Positions 37,698 through 51,858 of a stretch of DNA of 64,000 nt are shown here, in pieces. Position 1 is the stretch's first letter; each line of letters begins with the position of its first letter. The position numbers were made by a program, and so were the translations under genes. The stretch covers positions 18,731,910-18,795,909 of the forward strand of contig NC_134031.1 of the NCBI RefSeq assembly GCF_964204645.1. Direction: 5' to 3'. The notes beneath the pieces were generated by a model. The model saw only the letters and a list, made by a program, of their open reading frames with translations, searched no databases and was not told the origin of the DNA. Origin of the DNA: Tubulanus polymorphus (Eukaryota > Animalia > Nemertea).

Positions 37698-39099
37698 ATA
37701 CATCGATGGCAAGTATTTAGATTATTCAACGAGACTCTTGTACAATTGTTGGTTTAATGATGAACATGTAGTTTTTGCCGTTGGCGCTGCCGAGTCTGGG
37801 CAGAATTCATGATTTCCCAAGTCACTAATTACGCAACTGTCTTACAGGCTGCGAGCCTCTTCACCACAACTCATCGCGTAACAAATTGATTGAAGTAAAG
37901 AGTAAAAGAGCGGAGTCAAGGCGAAGAATTTTTTCCCGATCTCATAAGTGGTCACTGCGCACGGAACAGAAACGAGCGCCGGTTTCATGCGGACACTAGC
38001 TTATCTTCGCTTAGAAAATGAGACCAAAACATAGAGAAGAGAGAAGAAAAATCGGAGTTGAGAAAAAGAACACACGAAAAAAACCGAATGTGCATTTTAG
38101 ACGATAGATCCGAGCACAGACAGATTCGAGAAGATGGATTTGCTGAAAGCTGTCAGTTTCAGATCCTAACGTTGACTGTAATCTGATGCATTATTATTAA
38201 TAGGATTCAGCGACTCGTACGTACATTAACAGCGGATCGATGGCGCCACTGTATGACAGCCGTTGAAACAGTTTCTATCGTAAAAATCATTCAAATTGCG
38301 AGTTGATCACACTTCAGTTTTATCGGCGAATTTGACAAGTCTGTCGCTTCGAGTCGAAATCGAAAATATATACGGCATCGGTTTTTTATATAGTCTGCTA
38401 CAAGAGGACGAAATATCTCCACAACTACGCCTGCAGGTGACTAGAAACTGGTCATTGGAAAAGTAGTCATCTCTATTTTGGTTCCGAACACGCAACACTG
38501 GCTAGCCCACCAGATGGCGTGATGAGCAATAGGGTGTCCATTGTCAAAATTACTTCATTGTCAATGAACTTTGAACTGGATTCAAAGATTTCAGAATCCA
38601 TAGAATGCTTGATTGCCACAGTAGCACTGCGGGTACCCCATTATTAAGTAATCAACACAAGAGTTTTACAGTATAACCATATATTCTGGAGAATTCATCC
38701 AAGGATGTTCATAGTTTAGAGCTAGAAACCCCTGGAGTAATCCAGCACATACCAGCAAGTGGGGTAGAGGATTATGTGGTGCTGAAGTGGAGAGTTGATA
38801 TCACTGATAACATTGATCACCACACTATCTCCACAACTGACCGGAATGTATTAACATTTAAACCGAATAGTGATTTATCATCTGCGAGGATTATCTCTGA
38901 TAGAAATGATAGTTGACAGCGACTCAGTGATATAGAGATAGAGAGAGAGGGTCTCACACGCAAGAAACATAGATATTTAATCACTATAAAGATTGATGTT
39001 GGTATCTGATGACACCAGTTGCTCAGTGACGAAAAATATGATCTTTGTCAAGATGATGAATCGATCAATTAGGAGACTGAAATACTGAGAAGCACTAGC

Positions 39100-39335
39100 C
39101 GGTGGCTCCATATATACACCGCAAGGGAGTGTAGCTCCAGTGGGTGGCTCCATATGAACAACTCATGTGAGTTTAGCTCTAGTAGGTGGCTTCACATGAA
39201 CAGCTCGAGTGAGTGCAGCTCCAAGGGGTGGCTCCACATGAACAGCTCAAGTGAGTGCAGCTCCAAGGGGTGGCTCCACACGAACAGCTCAAGTGAGTGG
39301 CTCCACCGCATGAGCAGCACCAGCGGATGGCTCCA
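39100..39335. repeat. 42-bp tandem repeat
   Basis: GGTGGCTCCACATGAACAGCTCRAGTGAGTGCAGCTCCAAGG, about 5 copies. Confidence 0.8.
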
Positions 39336-39937
39336 TATGATCTTCCTATTGACTCGACTGAATGAGAACCACTTTTATATAACTACGTCAAACAGAGCTG
39401 AACAAACTGTAAACGCAGCGAGATCCATTCAAACGACGTCTGCCCTTCACAATATCGGCTTTTTCAAAAAATCATTATCACAGTTTTATTTTCCATGTAC
39501 TGCAATATAATGACTGAAGTTTGGGTTGTTTAATGCAGACACCCCCCACTCTCCACTCAAATATGAGCCTGCCATATTCCTGCCTGGGAGGGACTAACGT
39601 GGTTATTTACCGATAGGTGGCAGGATTTGAAAAGATTCTCATTTCTAACTACAGGTGGTTGAGACGAGTCTAGACTTCGCTCTGAGACCAAAAAAGGCGG
39701 ATTTCAATGATTTTTCAACGATTGTCATGGAATATAAAATATCATCGGTTAGCGACATTTCACGGCGGGTAAATTAAATCAAATACGTTGAGTAGTCATC
39801 AAGCTAACGATATCAGAGTGAGAATGATTGGATTTCGGGGTAAGCTCGTCAGCGACGAGAGAGAGCGCCGAGATGTGCACATCGTAAATGATGTCTTTTA
39901 CATCTCATCGTTATTGATGCCAATATCCGCAGGGATT

Positions 39938-40240
39938 CAGAGAGAGGAGAAAGTGAGAGAGAGGAGAGAGAGGAGAGGGAGAGATAGGAGAGAGTGAGAG
40001 GAGAGGAGAGAGAGGATAGGTAGGAGAGAGGAGAGAGAGGAGAGATAGGAGGGAGAGAGGGAGAGAGGAGAGATAGGAGAGAAGAGAGGAGAGAAGAAAG
40101 AGGAGAGTGATGATAGGTAGGAGAGAGGATAGGTAGGAGAGAGGATAGGTAGGAGAGAGGAGAGATAGGAGAGAGGGAGAGAGAGGAGAGATAGGAGAGA
40201 AGAGAGGAGAGGAGATAGAGAGAGGGAGAGAGGAGAGAGA
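39938..40240. repeat. GA-rich low-complexity tract
   Basis: Almost purely purine. Confidence 0.9.
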
Positions 40241-42539
40241 ATTGAATTCTTGTACAAGTAAGATTGTATTTCAGAAATCAGACAAAGACAGAACGAGTAC
40301 GGAATACTAAGTTTATTGATAACTAACATAACACGTGAACCTTCAACAGCTCTCAGATGGAAGCACACACGAGAAAACCGAAGATTTGAGCATTTAAACT
40401 TAGAGAATGAGAAAAGATGCATGGCAGAAATACTGAGTCAATGAAACCAGACCGTCCCACTAACTCGAGGCCTGGTTCATTGATTCGAAACGTACCGTGT
40501 AAATAGATGATTTTATGAATTGAAGCTTCGTGGTATCTCTCAATTATTGTATACTTAGTTATTGTCAATAGCCTGTGTATAGATAATGGCGAATAAAATG
40601 AGTTGTGAAGAGTCTGGGGGGCGACAGGAAGCTGAGTCAGTAAACTGTAATTACAGGTGTCACAATAAAGAGGTGTCAGAAATGTTGTTCACACGTGATT
40701 CCGATGGTGCTTCATAACATCGAGCAAAAACATGACCACAACATAATATAACAAGCCACCACAGTTGAAACAACTGAGTCATCCCTCACACTAGAGCGAG
40801 AGAGAGAGAGAGATGGAGGGGAGAGAACTACCGAGCTGAATATTAAATAACCACTTGACTACAAGGTCGGTTTGACTGCTTTTAGGTGATAATTCAACTT
40901 GTATAGAAGTGCGACTAATTTACTGACAACTGTGGAACATAGTCATCAATTCAATTCAAATATGGTCCTAAATCGTGCTATATGATGTTAGATCGATTAT
41001 ACAACCAGACTGCGGCTTAGACTGGTCTTCAATCTAAGCCTGACATCGCGGCTGAGTCCAGAGTCCTGAGTGCTGAGTACCTTGGATCCGGTAGATGATG
41101 AACCTATCTTTATGCGGGTCATCGAGGATGGAAGCCCTGCATTCACTGATATTAGGTGCCTCAGACCAGTTACATCTAACGTTTATTCCTCTGAAACTCA
41201 TTATCAAACACCTCCATCTATAACTGAGTCGTTTCATGAGAGATGTTTCTTCCTGCATCGATTAAAACTCTTATGATCTGAAGACATCATAAATCGTCGC
41301 TATAATTATTAACGAAACGTGGATCAAACTCCGACCGAATGTGGATCAAACGAAATCATCTTTTTCCACTCGTAATAAAACGACGTCAGCGTTGGTAGTT
41401 GAACCCGGATCTCGGGGTCGACGGGACCGCCGAGTTGAACCGGAATCTCGGGGTCGCCGGGCCGAGATATCTCACAGAATCAACTTTACATCAAAGATTC
41501 TACCGTCGTTGAATCGTTGTTCCGTGTAAAATTCAGCGGCGAGATTCGTCTCGGCGATCGTTGATCGATGCCTGTCCGTCAAAAAAGATTTTAATTAAAT
41601 TCTACCTATGAATAGATATCGATTGAGCGTGCGGTGCATCTATAGTTGTAAACATTACAGAAATTACAGTTTCTCGCAACCTGTGAATTCCTGAAGAATA
41701 AAACACTTTGATGACTCATGATGGATCTCTCTTCGTGAGCATAACAGAATTATTGAAGGCCACGAGGCAATTTTAAAGGAATTCCATCGAGGTCGGATCC
41801 AACGATGACTTCTGACCACAGTACCGTGATACAACTGAAAACTCCCGGTACCTTTCCAGCAAAAAAGACACTGAAAACCAATTATCCTGATCTCCATTCC
41901 CCTGAAACTGTTGTAATCTTATAGCAGCCTTTTTGGGTGTTACATAAGTTACAGTAAATAAAAATTTTTCTCCAGATGCCTTGTGTTCAATACTATTCAA
42001 CAGTTCAGACGGGCAATCCGCTAGGACATGGATAGGACAAATGGCACAAAGCAGGTGGAAACAATTTTCACTTCGCTTAACAATGGCATTGATAATTCGC
42101 CCGAATTTTTTCCAATTTAAGTTGCTGAATTGGAGTTTTCCTGAGGTGAGTTAAATAAAGCGAAAAACTTTGAATGAAATTATGCTACCACACGTATGAA
42201 ATGTCTTGGAAGATAAGAAACTGATATCTCTCAACAGTAAAACGTATCGATGAAGATTGTTTGGATGGTGCTGCCATCTACATTCAAGGACACAACAGTT
42301 CTAGCTAGCTGAGTGATGATATATACTCGTTGCAGTAACCACGGAATGTCGAGAAGTACGGGGATTTCAGTAAATATTGATATCTAATAAGACATCAGGC
42401 AACATACAGAATACACATTCAGACTACAGTAAAAAAACCGAGCACCCTAGAAATATATTCACAGCAGCGCCGAGCAAGAGAGTTATTATTAAAACTGTAA
42501 ACGAAGAGAGACTACGTTACGTATAGAACTAACATGTTA

Positions 42540-42900
42540 TCTTTACATTTAATACCAGTTTCAATGATTAAAAACGTTCTTCCAACCGTCATTGTCTCAT
42601 ACATACTCAATCCATATCCCTGATAACTATCCCTTCTCTCCGTCCCCTGCATCAAACTCAGCTTATGAAGTTTTCCTTTTTATATATACATAGTCTTCAA
42701 CCTGAACTGCTTCTTTCGCCGTGCTGGGCCCTTTATCAAGTGGTCCACGTATCAGTCCCGACCTTTTTACTACCAGGCCTACCAACTACAACTTCTATTT
42801 CACTATGTCCCCATCTGAACTTCATTAATAAATGCAACACCTTCCAAGTCATCCATAGAGCTCTAATTCAGAGTATACGCCCCTTCAAACTCTGTATCAG
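42540..42900 (-). mobile_element. decayed non-LTR retrotransposon (CR1/L2-like) 3' fragment
   Basis: Minus frame LLMKFRWGHSEIEVVVGR resembles the LxKFRxxxxxLxVExGR motif C-terminal to LINE RT; interrupted by stops. Confidence 0.4.
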
Positions 42901-44739
42901 TCACATGTCAACCCTCTCTACCTCCCTATCCCTATCTCTCTCATTCTCCTGTCACCCCTGCTGTCTATCTATCTCATTCTCCTGTCACCCCTGCTGTCTA
43001 TCTCTCTCATTCTCCTGTCACCCCACCCCCTCTGCTCTCATTCTGTATCACTCTTCCAGGTGAACAGTTCACATCATTGTACAGCCCGATATAGTCATTA
43101 GTAGTTGATCATGTTGAGTGTAGACGTCCAGACATTGAGGCTCCAGATAAATTGAAGTAAATCTGCAGCGTTGGCTCAGCTCGGCTCGAGCCGAGTCTTT
43201 ATTGCCTGTTGCTCTGGGAACAAGTGGTTACACATCGTTCACTGTTTCCAATGAAATCAATCGATCATTTTTTGTCTATTTATCGGACGGTTAAACGGTT
43301 TCTATCATCGGTGATTCAACATGATTCTAGTCCGTTCACCGTACCTCTAGTCCATTCACAGTCTGTCCAGTCCGCTCACCATCTCTGTAGTCCCCTCTTC
43401 AATCAGTCAGCCCAGTCCCTGGGTTTAATTTAACTATATGTCAAGCTTCATCAAAGGATTTTAGCTTATAACAGTTAAAACATCAATTGCAAAACATTTT
43501 TTGTGAAACTATATCCTGGATCCAGTGCCATAGTTGAGGGTTGATCTGGCTCTTGTAACGAAGTAACCTTTTCAACATCACTCGAAATTATGTGCTGAAC
43601 CAGGCAGAGTTTATCACATTTTAGCAGACAGAAATACAGCGATATGTAATATTGCTGTGATGCAAACAGGTTCTACAGTATTTAGAGCGTAATAACACTC
43701 ACTCTACGCATCATTGCAATTCAACAGTTGTTTCGAATTATTCATTTTCACATCTACTCGCTACCCAGGAGAGAAGCAGAGTAGTACGAGACTCAGAGAG
43801 AGAGAGGAGTGGTTCAGTGGGACTGAAACATACACTCTACTGAGAATATTCATTCAGGAAAATTAATTTACGATTTGAACTGAACACAATGGATCAACAA
43901 GCTGCAAATATACATCAAAATACCGGCAACCCTGGCGCGCAGAATATAGATAGCCCGTCTAAAAGGCAAGGCTGAATAATTTGACTACGAAATATCAAAA
44001 TTGCGTCGTAAAAATTTAGATAGTTTGTAGTAAGTCTGTGAGTAATAATGCTCCCGTAAAACACTCCCTTCTCTCTCAGCCTAGAATCCAATTCCACCGT
44101 TAGTTTATATTAAAAAAATTGAGAAAAACGACCAAAATTGACAACATTACGACGAAAGCTTCAATTTTGTAGTCGGAAAATAAATGCTGTAAATGTCGTA
44201 AAAACCGTGACGTTCTCATCAATATTATCGCTATCAATCTAAAGCTATCGACTCGGGTCTAATGGCAGCGCGGCATCAAATACCGATCTCTGAAACATCG
44301 GTTTCCAGTTGGAATTCCAGAGTTTTATCTCCACTACATCTTTACGAACGAGCGATTCAAATTTCTCGAAGTTATCACTAAAATCTCGCTTGCCCGGTTC
44401 GACGATCATATTCTTTCATAAACCGGAAATTTCCATATTTCCACGAAATCCTAACGATAATGAACTCCGGCTAAATCAGTAGAGGCTTACGCTTACGACC
44501 GAGCTCCTGAGCGCCGTGAAGTTCAAGGTCGTGTACAATTATGAGATGTGTTCGTTCAGTCAATAATGGATCATTAACAACTCGGTGAGCTGTGTACAGA
44601 TAAAATGAACATCGATTTTTCCATCCATCGCTGTAAGCTCGTTCGGAGGAGAACGTTTTATACCGGTGTTCGTCGAGTACTCGCTGTAGGTATTAAATCA
44701 CTATCTAACAGGGCATTACTACAACTACTATACCAACAC

Positions 44740-45016
44740 TGCACCTCAGAGAAACTGAACATCTAAACCCCTGAGACACTGAACATCTAAACCCCGAAAA
44801 AACCAATATCCGCATATCCCGCAAAAACCCAACAGCTACACCTCAGGAAACCCAACAGCTACACCTCAGGAAACCCAACAGCTACACCTCAGGAAACCCA
44901 TCAGCTACACCTCAGGAAACCCAACAGCTATACCTCAGGAAACCCAACAGCTACATCTGGAAACCCAACAGCTACACCTCAGGAAACCCAACAGCTACAC
45001 CTCAGGAAACCCAACA
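44740..45016. repeat. 23-bp minisatellite
   Basis: GGAAACCCAACAGCTACACCTCA, about 8 good copies plus degenerate upstream copies. Confidence 0.9.
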
Positions 45017-45272
45017 GTGCCTTAAAAGTGCTTTTCTTCGCTTGTGTGAATTTTACTTAGGAAAAAGCACTGGGCTTTTTGTTCAATAAAGGCACATAAC
45101 AAGTGGCTCACTTTTTGCAATTTTGGTAATAACCCCGCACAAAATTGCTCTTTTGACTAGGATTGGATCGACCCTCGGAAAATCCTGGCCGTGGGCCTGA
45201 ATAAAGATTTAAGACACCTTAGTCCCCGAAACAACTGACAATCGGACAACTACAGATTAACTCGATGCTTAC

Positions 45273-45378
45273 CTTGCGTTAGATGGACCAACACTGGCGT
45301 CATCGTACGAACTACTCGACGTGATCGCCTCATCGGGAATCTCATGACTCTGCATGCCGAGCGCGGTCCTACATTGTG
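45273..45378 (-). CDS. DDR: DDR exon: start of discoidin (F5/8C) domain
   Basis: tttacag acceptor and AG|gtaagc donor. QCRTALGMQSHEIPDEAITSSSSYDDASVGPSNAR; phases 1-2. Confidence 0.9.
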
Positions 45379-45509
45379 CTGTAAAAACAGAATAGAATAA
45401 ACAATATCTAAAACTTGAAGAAGATGAAGAATATTAAACGGATATTACAATAAAACAGGTATTTTCTATCAGTTAATGGTATTATAGATTTGGTACAGGA
45501 CTTTGGTAC

Positions 45510-45660
45510 AGGGCAGCTGGGCTCATGTTAGGGATAATGGGCAGCTGGGCTCGTGTCAGAAATGCCAGGCTGCTGGGCTTGTGTCAGAAATGCCGGGCTG
45601 CTGGGCTTGTGTCAGAAATGCCGGGCTGCTGGGCTCGTGTCAGAGATGGCAGGCTGTCTG
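45510..45660. repeat. 28-bp tandem repeat
   Basis: GCTGCTGGGCTYGTGTCAGAAATGCCRG, about 5 copies. Confidence 0.85.
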
Positions 45661-47875
45661 GATCATTGAATATGTCATGATGTTTAATTGCACACATCTT
45701 CCTGTCCTGTGACTCACATTAACTGCTCAGGTGAGAGTAGAGAGGAGCGGACTGATAGCGCCGAGGAACAAAAGACATCCGGATAAATGAGGAATGTATC
45801 TAATTAATCAAATGAAACGCAAGATGTGTGAGTTCGCCATGTGTATATAAACAAGGCTAATAGAACATAACGGAACTGCATGCGACATTGAGTCACAACG
45901 AGAACGAGTCTTCCTCGTCAGTGTCTGCCTCATACATGTCCTCCTCGTCAGTATCTGTCTCCTGCGTGACGATACACCCGTTTGACATATGCCTCCGTTC
46001 TCAAATTTCAACGTTTTGCTAATTGTGTTTCGTTCATGTGTCATTTGATTTCCGGTGATTGTTTTCCGGTGAGGTGGACAATAGAACGATACAGTTACTC
46101 TCTCTCCTCTCTCTCTCTTCTCTCTCCCTCCTGTCTCTCTCCCAGTCACGCTATATCATTGATCTTCCTCCATCGCATCAGAGTTCATGAACTGAACATC
46201 ACGAACTGTTCATGACTCTAACTTTTAAAATGCTTTACAGGGAATATTTCACCTAGTCCGATGAGTGTTTGAGAGGGGGTTGAGAATTTGCCGGCTTGCC
46301 CCCTTTTATTTCATCAAAATGGTTGATACTGCTCATACTATGAATACTCATAATTTACTCCCAAAAAAAATACTCAGTGGCAAATCTTAACAGCATCCAG
46401 AAGTTCAGTAAAATGTATCCATATTTAAAGCGTTGACCGAAAGCATTGATTTACTGTGCATTGATCCTTCATAAGCAAAGAAACTAGTTCACTTTTTTTC
46501 ATTTATTTCGCAACACCTTATAGTTCATCGCTATAAATAGACCGAGGCACATTTAGAAATCAGCGAACTCTTGTCTAAATCAATTACAATTAACAACATC
46601 TAACAAACGCATCCGAACGTAAACAACTCTTTAGATTAACTGTGTCTCCGAGTAGGTTGGTAACCTTTAAAACTAGACCTTCAATTTATCGGGTTTTATC
46701 CTGTTGATTACGCTATGATAACATTTTCAGGCCATTCAGACGATAAAAACGCGATAAAAAATCTCACATCCAGCGGCTCCAAAAACAACTACTGCGGCCT
46801 TGTTTGTAAATGTTTGATAAATGTTGTACTATTATTTCAAAAGGCGCTACAGTAATAGATCTGATTCCGCAGTGGAGATGTTGATAAATATTTGAACATA
46901 TTGTACCCAGTGATCGTAGCTCAGATACTTAACTTTTATGAAAGCAACGGAAATTGTAAATCGCTTAAAAAACAAAACGAAGACTTTATCTTAACGAGTT
47001 CTGGACCCAGTTCTTGTCTCGAGGCCAGAAACATTTAGAAATGTGAACCGGATCCGAAATTTTCAATTATGTTTTTTCATCTAACTAACAAATTCTGTAA
47101 TTTGGGACCGGTCATCCAATTCATATCGGTACTTTGATTTCTGATTTCTAAACAAAGAGAATGGACTAATCTAACTCACAAGGGTTATTCAGCGAACGAA
47201 TTTGGACCTGTAGCCCTAGTTTATCCACAAGTTTCACTTCCATAGATCGGAGTTACATTTGACTCTCTGCAAGTTTGAAGTTCATTTCTTAATATCAGTC
47301 TCAGGTTTTACAAAGATTTCTTCATCGTTTAAGTTTCAGTTAATTTCAAGTGATTATATGAGTGAATCCTTGTCACCGTGCCGGGACTGGATCCCGAGCG
47401 TTCAAACTGTTCTAAACCTCTTTCATTTCATCATTCATAATTAATCGATTTATTATTTTTTTTTGTGCTACAGCTCCGCCCGGCGATCGGGATGATTATC
47501 TTATCTGAAATTCCATTCATCAGAAACGGCGTCGTCAACGATTACAGCACCGTCGCCATTGACAACGCGAATAACACAACATCTTTACTTCAACATATTT
47601 TTGTCAACATCATGTTTTCGTTTCGGGAATTACTTGATGAACAGTGCAGAGTATTTCTCAACATGACATTTTTCCATCAAAAACAGATCTATCAAACTCT
47701 AAGTTTGAGACCGAAAATTCTCTAGTTGAAAAAGCTAAAGCTATAAGAGATTACTAAGCATTATTAAAGCTGAAACCTAAGACATATATTCCACATAATG
47801 ACTCACAGGAGATACTGAACTGAAGTCTCTATTTTACTTTTCTAATTCTAATATATTCTCAGTATTTTATCATAA

Positions 47876-48223
47876 GGGATCATTCATTTATTACGTACGC
47901 ATAAAATTTGAATTTTTCAACCCCCCTCCACCTCTGTACGCAAAATCGGCCATTTTTTCATATACATTAAGCATTACAGTACGCAATTGCACTGACCCCT
48001 CCCCCCTCCCCTAATGATTTGATTTGATTTGATTTGAACACTTTATTTTTCAAATATAATTTACAGCATAGTGTACAAAGCATAATACAAAATACAGTAA
48101 ATTAGACCTGGAGGGGCCTGTAGAAACTAAGGAATAGTTTGTATAAAACAGGTTCCTCAAAAGAGAAAAGAAAAAAAGGAAAAAAAGAAGAGAAAAATGC
48201 GTACGTAATAAATGAATGATCCC
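47876..48223. mobile_element. PIF/Harbinger-like MITE with nested retroelement tail
   Basis: Perfect 27-bp TIR GGGATCATTCATTTATTACGTACGCAT with TAA TSD. The insert at about 48015-48196 ends on the minus strand in AATAAA plus (ATCAA)n. Confidence 0.85.
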
Positions 48224-49976
48224 TAAATAACCTTAGAGTAATCAGACTGATTACTCAAGGAATAACATACATTAAACAATTATGACACACTAGGCTGGGA
48301 AGAATGAAGAGTCCAAAACCTATCCTTGGGCTAGTTAAATGTTTCGACTATATCCTCCATATATTCATCTTCATATGTCATCCTCAAAATCCAGTATTCC
48401 TGAAGATCAGTAGAAATGTCGAATAAACTACTAAACATTTCAGACTCTTTTTTTTCTCATTGTCGGATGTCATATAAATTTTGCTTTGAACTTTATCTTT
48501 ATTGTCCGTGTGACTGTGACTGGCAAGAGAAATAATTATACACGTGTATGTTCAAATACACGTTAGCGGCATCATCAGAACACAACGACCTACACGTTTC
48601 TGAAAATACTATCGATTTCCCTGTTGCGCTCCACCCACTGTATTTTCGGTGTGTCATAAGTATGATATAATCAAAATCAATTAGCGTGGGTAATTTCAAG
48701 CGTAAACATATCCGAAAACTCTCTCTCTCTCATCAAAGAGTTACCTTTACCATTTCTGAATATACAAACATACAAACAATGACTCGCGCGACGCTGCAGA
48801 AACTGAAAGTTCGACATTATTTCAGTATAAACACTGGCGGCAATAATACTCAACTACGTACACTGACTTCGCCTTTTATTCGTCTGCGAATATTTATTCA
48901 TCCGAATTCGATTCAGAAATGTCAAGTGATTCTTAAAAACCAGCACCCAAACATAAACATTAATCGCTGATAGGTTTTTTTTGTCTCTTTCTAATGGCCG
49001 TATACACGAAGCAAATATTTATAATCGCGATTCATAAGATAGACTGCTGTACTCGAAAACCCACTCGGGTCAGCAATCTGTGAGACTTTGAGTGATGTAA
49101 GTATTGCAGCTAATAACATGAAACAACAGATCTTCAGATCAGACATGACCTGTCTATGTAATATACTGTAAGAGCCAGGGTAGAGAAGACTCTAGGCTTC
49201 AATAAGTTTTTATTAGTATTGTTTGTTTGTATTGTGATGAGTCAATGGAAACAGCCCCCAGTACTCTCCACATACAAGGCGTCTAAAAAACCACCAACGA
49301 GGTTCCGATTTCTTCAAGCCGTTAGAAAATAGAAGAAATCAAAACTGATCTTACGGTTTTTTAGGTATAAATTAGTTTAGAGTTTGGACTTGTTTATGAT
49401 ACGTATGGAGATGCGTCTAAACTGAACCTCTTCTGAACAAAGCTCTATATATATATATATCCTCAGCAAATTCCCGTAGAAAAAATTCAGACCATAAATA
49501 AGCAATTAATCTATTTTTCAATTCACTTGAGCGGTAGCGTCGTCGCTATTCGGGGTTGTATTGTCGGAGTAGGTGTTTCAATACGGGCTTTCACATACGC
49601 AATCACGCTGTACAGAATTTAAAAAAGAGAATTCTTTCTATAGAGGTTTCAAACAAACACGGATTTCTTTCTTTATCAGACGGTTTATAAACAGTTCGCG
49701 TTACGTTTACAACGAAACCCTTGTTTCTAGTTTCTATATCTGGTAATTTTTTTTCCGCAACCGAGAAGTCTCGATAAATTATGCACTAGTTTAAACCGCT
49801 TTGAAAAAGCCACTCGTTACAGCAACCGACCGAACGCAGGACTATGAAAACCAGGATTGAACTGATTGTAGAATTAGATCATCGAATCTAAGAGCCTAGA
49901 ATCAGCCCTCACAATCATTCACTATTTATTCACCATTCTCGTGTGGACCATCGGTTGTTGGAAGTGTGCTGATAAA

Positions 49977-50165
49977 AGCCGCGAGCGATCACATGGAGAC
50001 GATTTGGCCCGGGCCAAATTGGTACGGATTAATTAGAGAGCGCGTTCACACGCAAACCATTCACTCGATACTAAACAATGCTCAAACAAAGCGAAGTGGA
50101 TCATTTCCGGTGCCAGTTGCAATTCAAATTTGGCCCGGGCCAAAAATGATCGTGTGATCGGGGCT
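49977..50165. mobile_element. MITE with TTTGGCCCGGGCCAAA palindromes; homolog at about 20755-20960
   Basis: AGCC...GATCACA / TGTGATCGGGGCT ends; shared core TAATTAGAGAGCRCGTTCACACG...AAACAAAGCGAAGTG...AGTTGCAATTCAAA. Confidence 0.7.
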
Positions 50166-51816
50166 AAAATGTCAAATTTTTCATGTTTACAGTTCATTTT
50201 CATTGTTGTGAAGACATGTGAAGTATGGATGTTCAGTTTGTAAATTGTCTGGTTTTTATAATTCATTTTTAATTATCAGAAGAAGTTCTGGATACATTTG
50301 CAGTATGCACGATCAAAAATTAGAAAGATGGTTTTGAAATATCGAATGTTCGAGGAGGTGCATATACATAAATTGAATCAGTATTTTGCAGTTTACAATT
50401 ACACACTGAAGTAATACAAGTAACTGGTATTTTGTAATGTTGTATTCACCGCATACAGCTAGCTGTAACGTATGTTTTTATATAGCTGGTACGTATTAGC
50501 TCATTTCTGGTTTCCGATTGCAGTCTATAAGTTATCATTGCCCGCGTTAGTCTATTATAAACGCATCAACCTATGAAATTAGCTGGCTTTATGCGGTATT
50601 ATCGTTGGATCATCTGCAAACATTGAAATATCAACAGCGGAGCTTCAGGAATAGACATACGCCAAATGAAACAGAATCTGGAGTGACAGTCGCTATAGAC
50701 AGATATACACAGGACACTAGAGAGACATTTTTAAAAGTGCGTACCCGCCCATGGGAGGATAGGGGTCAAAAATTGATCATTTCTCTCTATTCCTATGTAC
50801 ATAAAGCTTAAAATTGCGTAGCTGGAGGATTTCACAAAAAAAACCCAATGAAACTATATGACGAGATTACGCCATCCATGCATTAACTTACTACCATGAA
50901 CTGTCTACTATTGACTGTTTACTTGGCGACCTCTCACGTATTGTATTTGTAATGAATAGTATTTGAACATGTGTTTGAAACATTGATCATCGACAAAAAA
51001 CACCTGTGCAACGCGGGAAAAAATATAGTTAATTGTATGATGAAAATTGATGCCATGTTAATTTAATTCTGACAGGAAGAGTGAAAGAGGGAGTGAGGGA
51101 GAAGAGAGAGAGAGAGGGAGAGGAGAGAGAGCAGGGAGAGAGGGCAATAGAATGCGTATAGCCTACTCTTTTATCGAAGTCCCGTCATTTTAAAACACGA
51201 TCAAAAAGTTGAGTTTCAAAGACGCCAATTTTCCCAAAATAACAAGACTTCATTCGAGAACCATCTACACTTTCAATGATCCATCTTTATTCATTCCATG
51301 GCCTTCATGATAAATATACGTATAAAAAATACGTCGTTCTTCTGAATAGTAAAAACACACATCAACAAAAACAACAACGATCGTCGTGAACTTTGATTCC
51401 GATTGATTTTAGCTGCTGGTGATTTGTCGACGTATCGAACGGAAGCCGCGATTATTATTTCAAAATTCTACCCACAGATTTACACCTTTGATACTCAGTT
51501 GCCATGGTAATCGTAAAGATAGGTGAATATATTCAGAAATGTGCGTTGCTTATTTAAGAGAATATCGAAAAACCGAACTCGATATAAAAATACGTGTCAA
51601 ACCAAACCGAGACACTCCAGTTCTCGGACAGGACCTGGTTCCTCAGTTCCGGGCCCAATTTTACCATCAAGGCCTAGATTTTATCTAAAACAGTTTGAGT
51701 TTGACTTTTTATATCCATTCGAACGAGTTCACAACAATAAGATAAAATCCCACTATTTACAGATTAAAAGAATTTAAAAACAAGAATTTATTTATTAAAT
51801 CTAAAATATTTAAAAG

Positions 51817-51858
51817 ACACGACGTTTCGATCTCACCCTAGAGATCATCGTCAGGTGT
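51817..51858 (-). ncRNA. minimal type I hammerhead ribozyme (Penelope-like element type)
   Basis: Minus strand reads ACAC CUGACGA U GAUCUC-UAGGGU-GAGAUC GAAAC GUC GUGU: both core boxes, 6-bp stem II, palindromic ACGU stem III, GUC cleavage triplet, 4-bp stem I. AATAAA lies about 20 nt downstream. Confidence 0.75.

Noticed and set aside
39154-39510. ORF with 14-aa repeat GWLHMNSSSECSSK
   Set aside because: Explained by a 42-bp tandem repeat; no splice or homology support.
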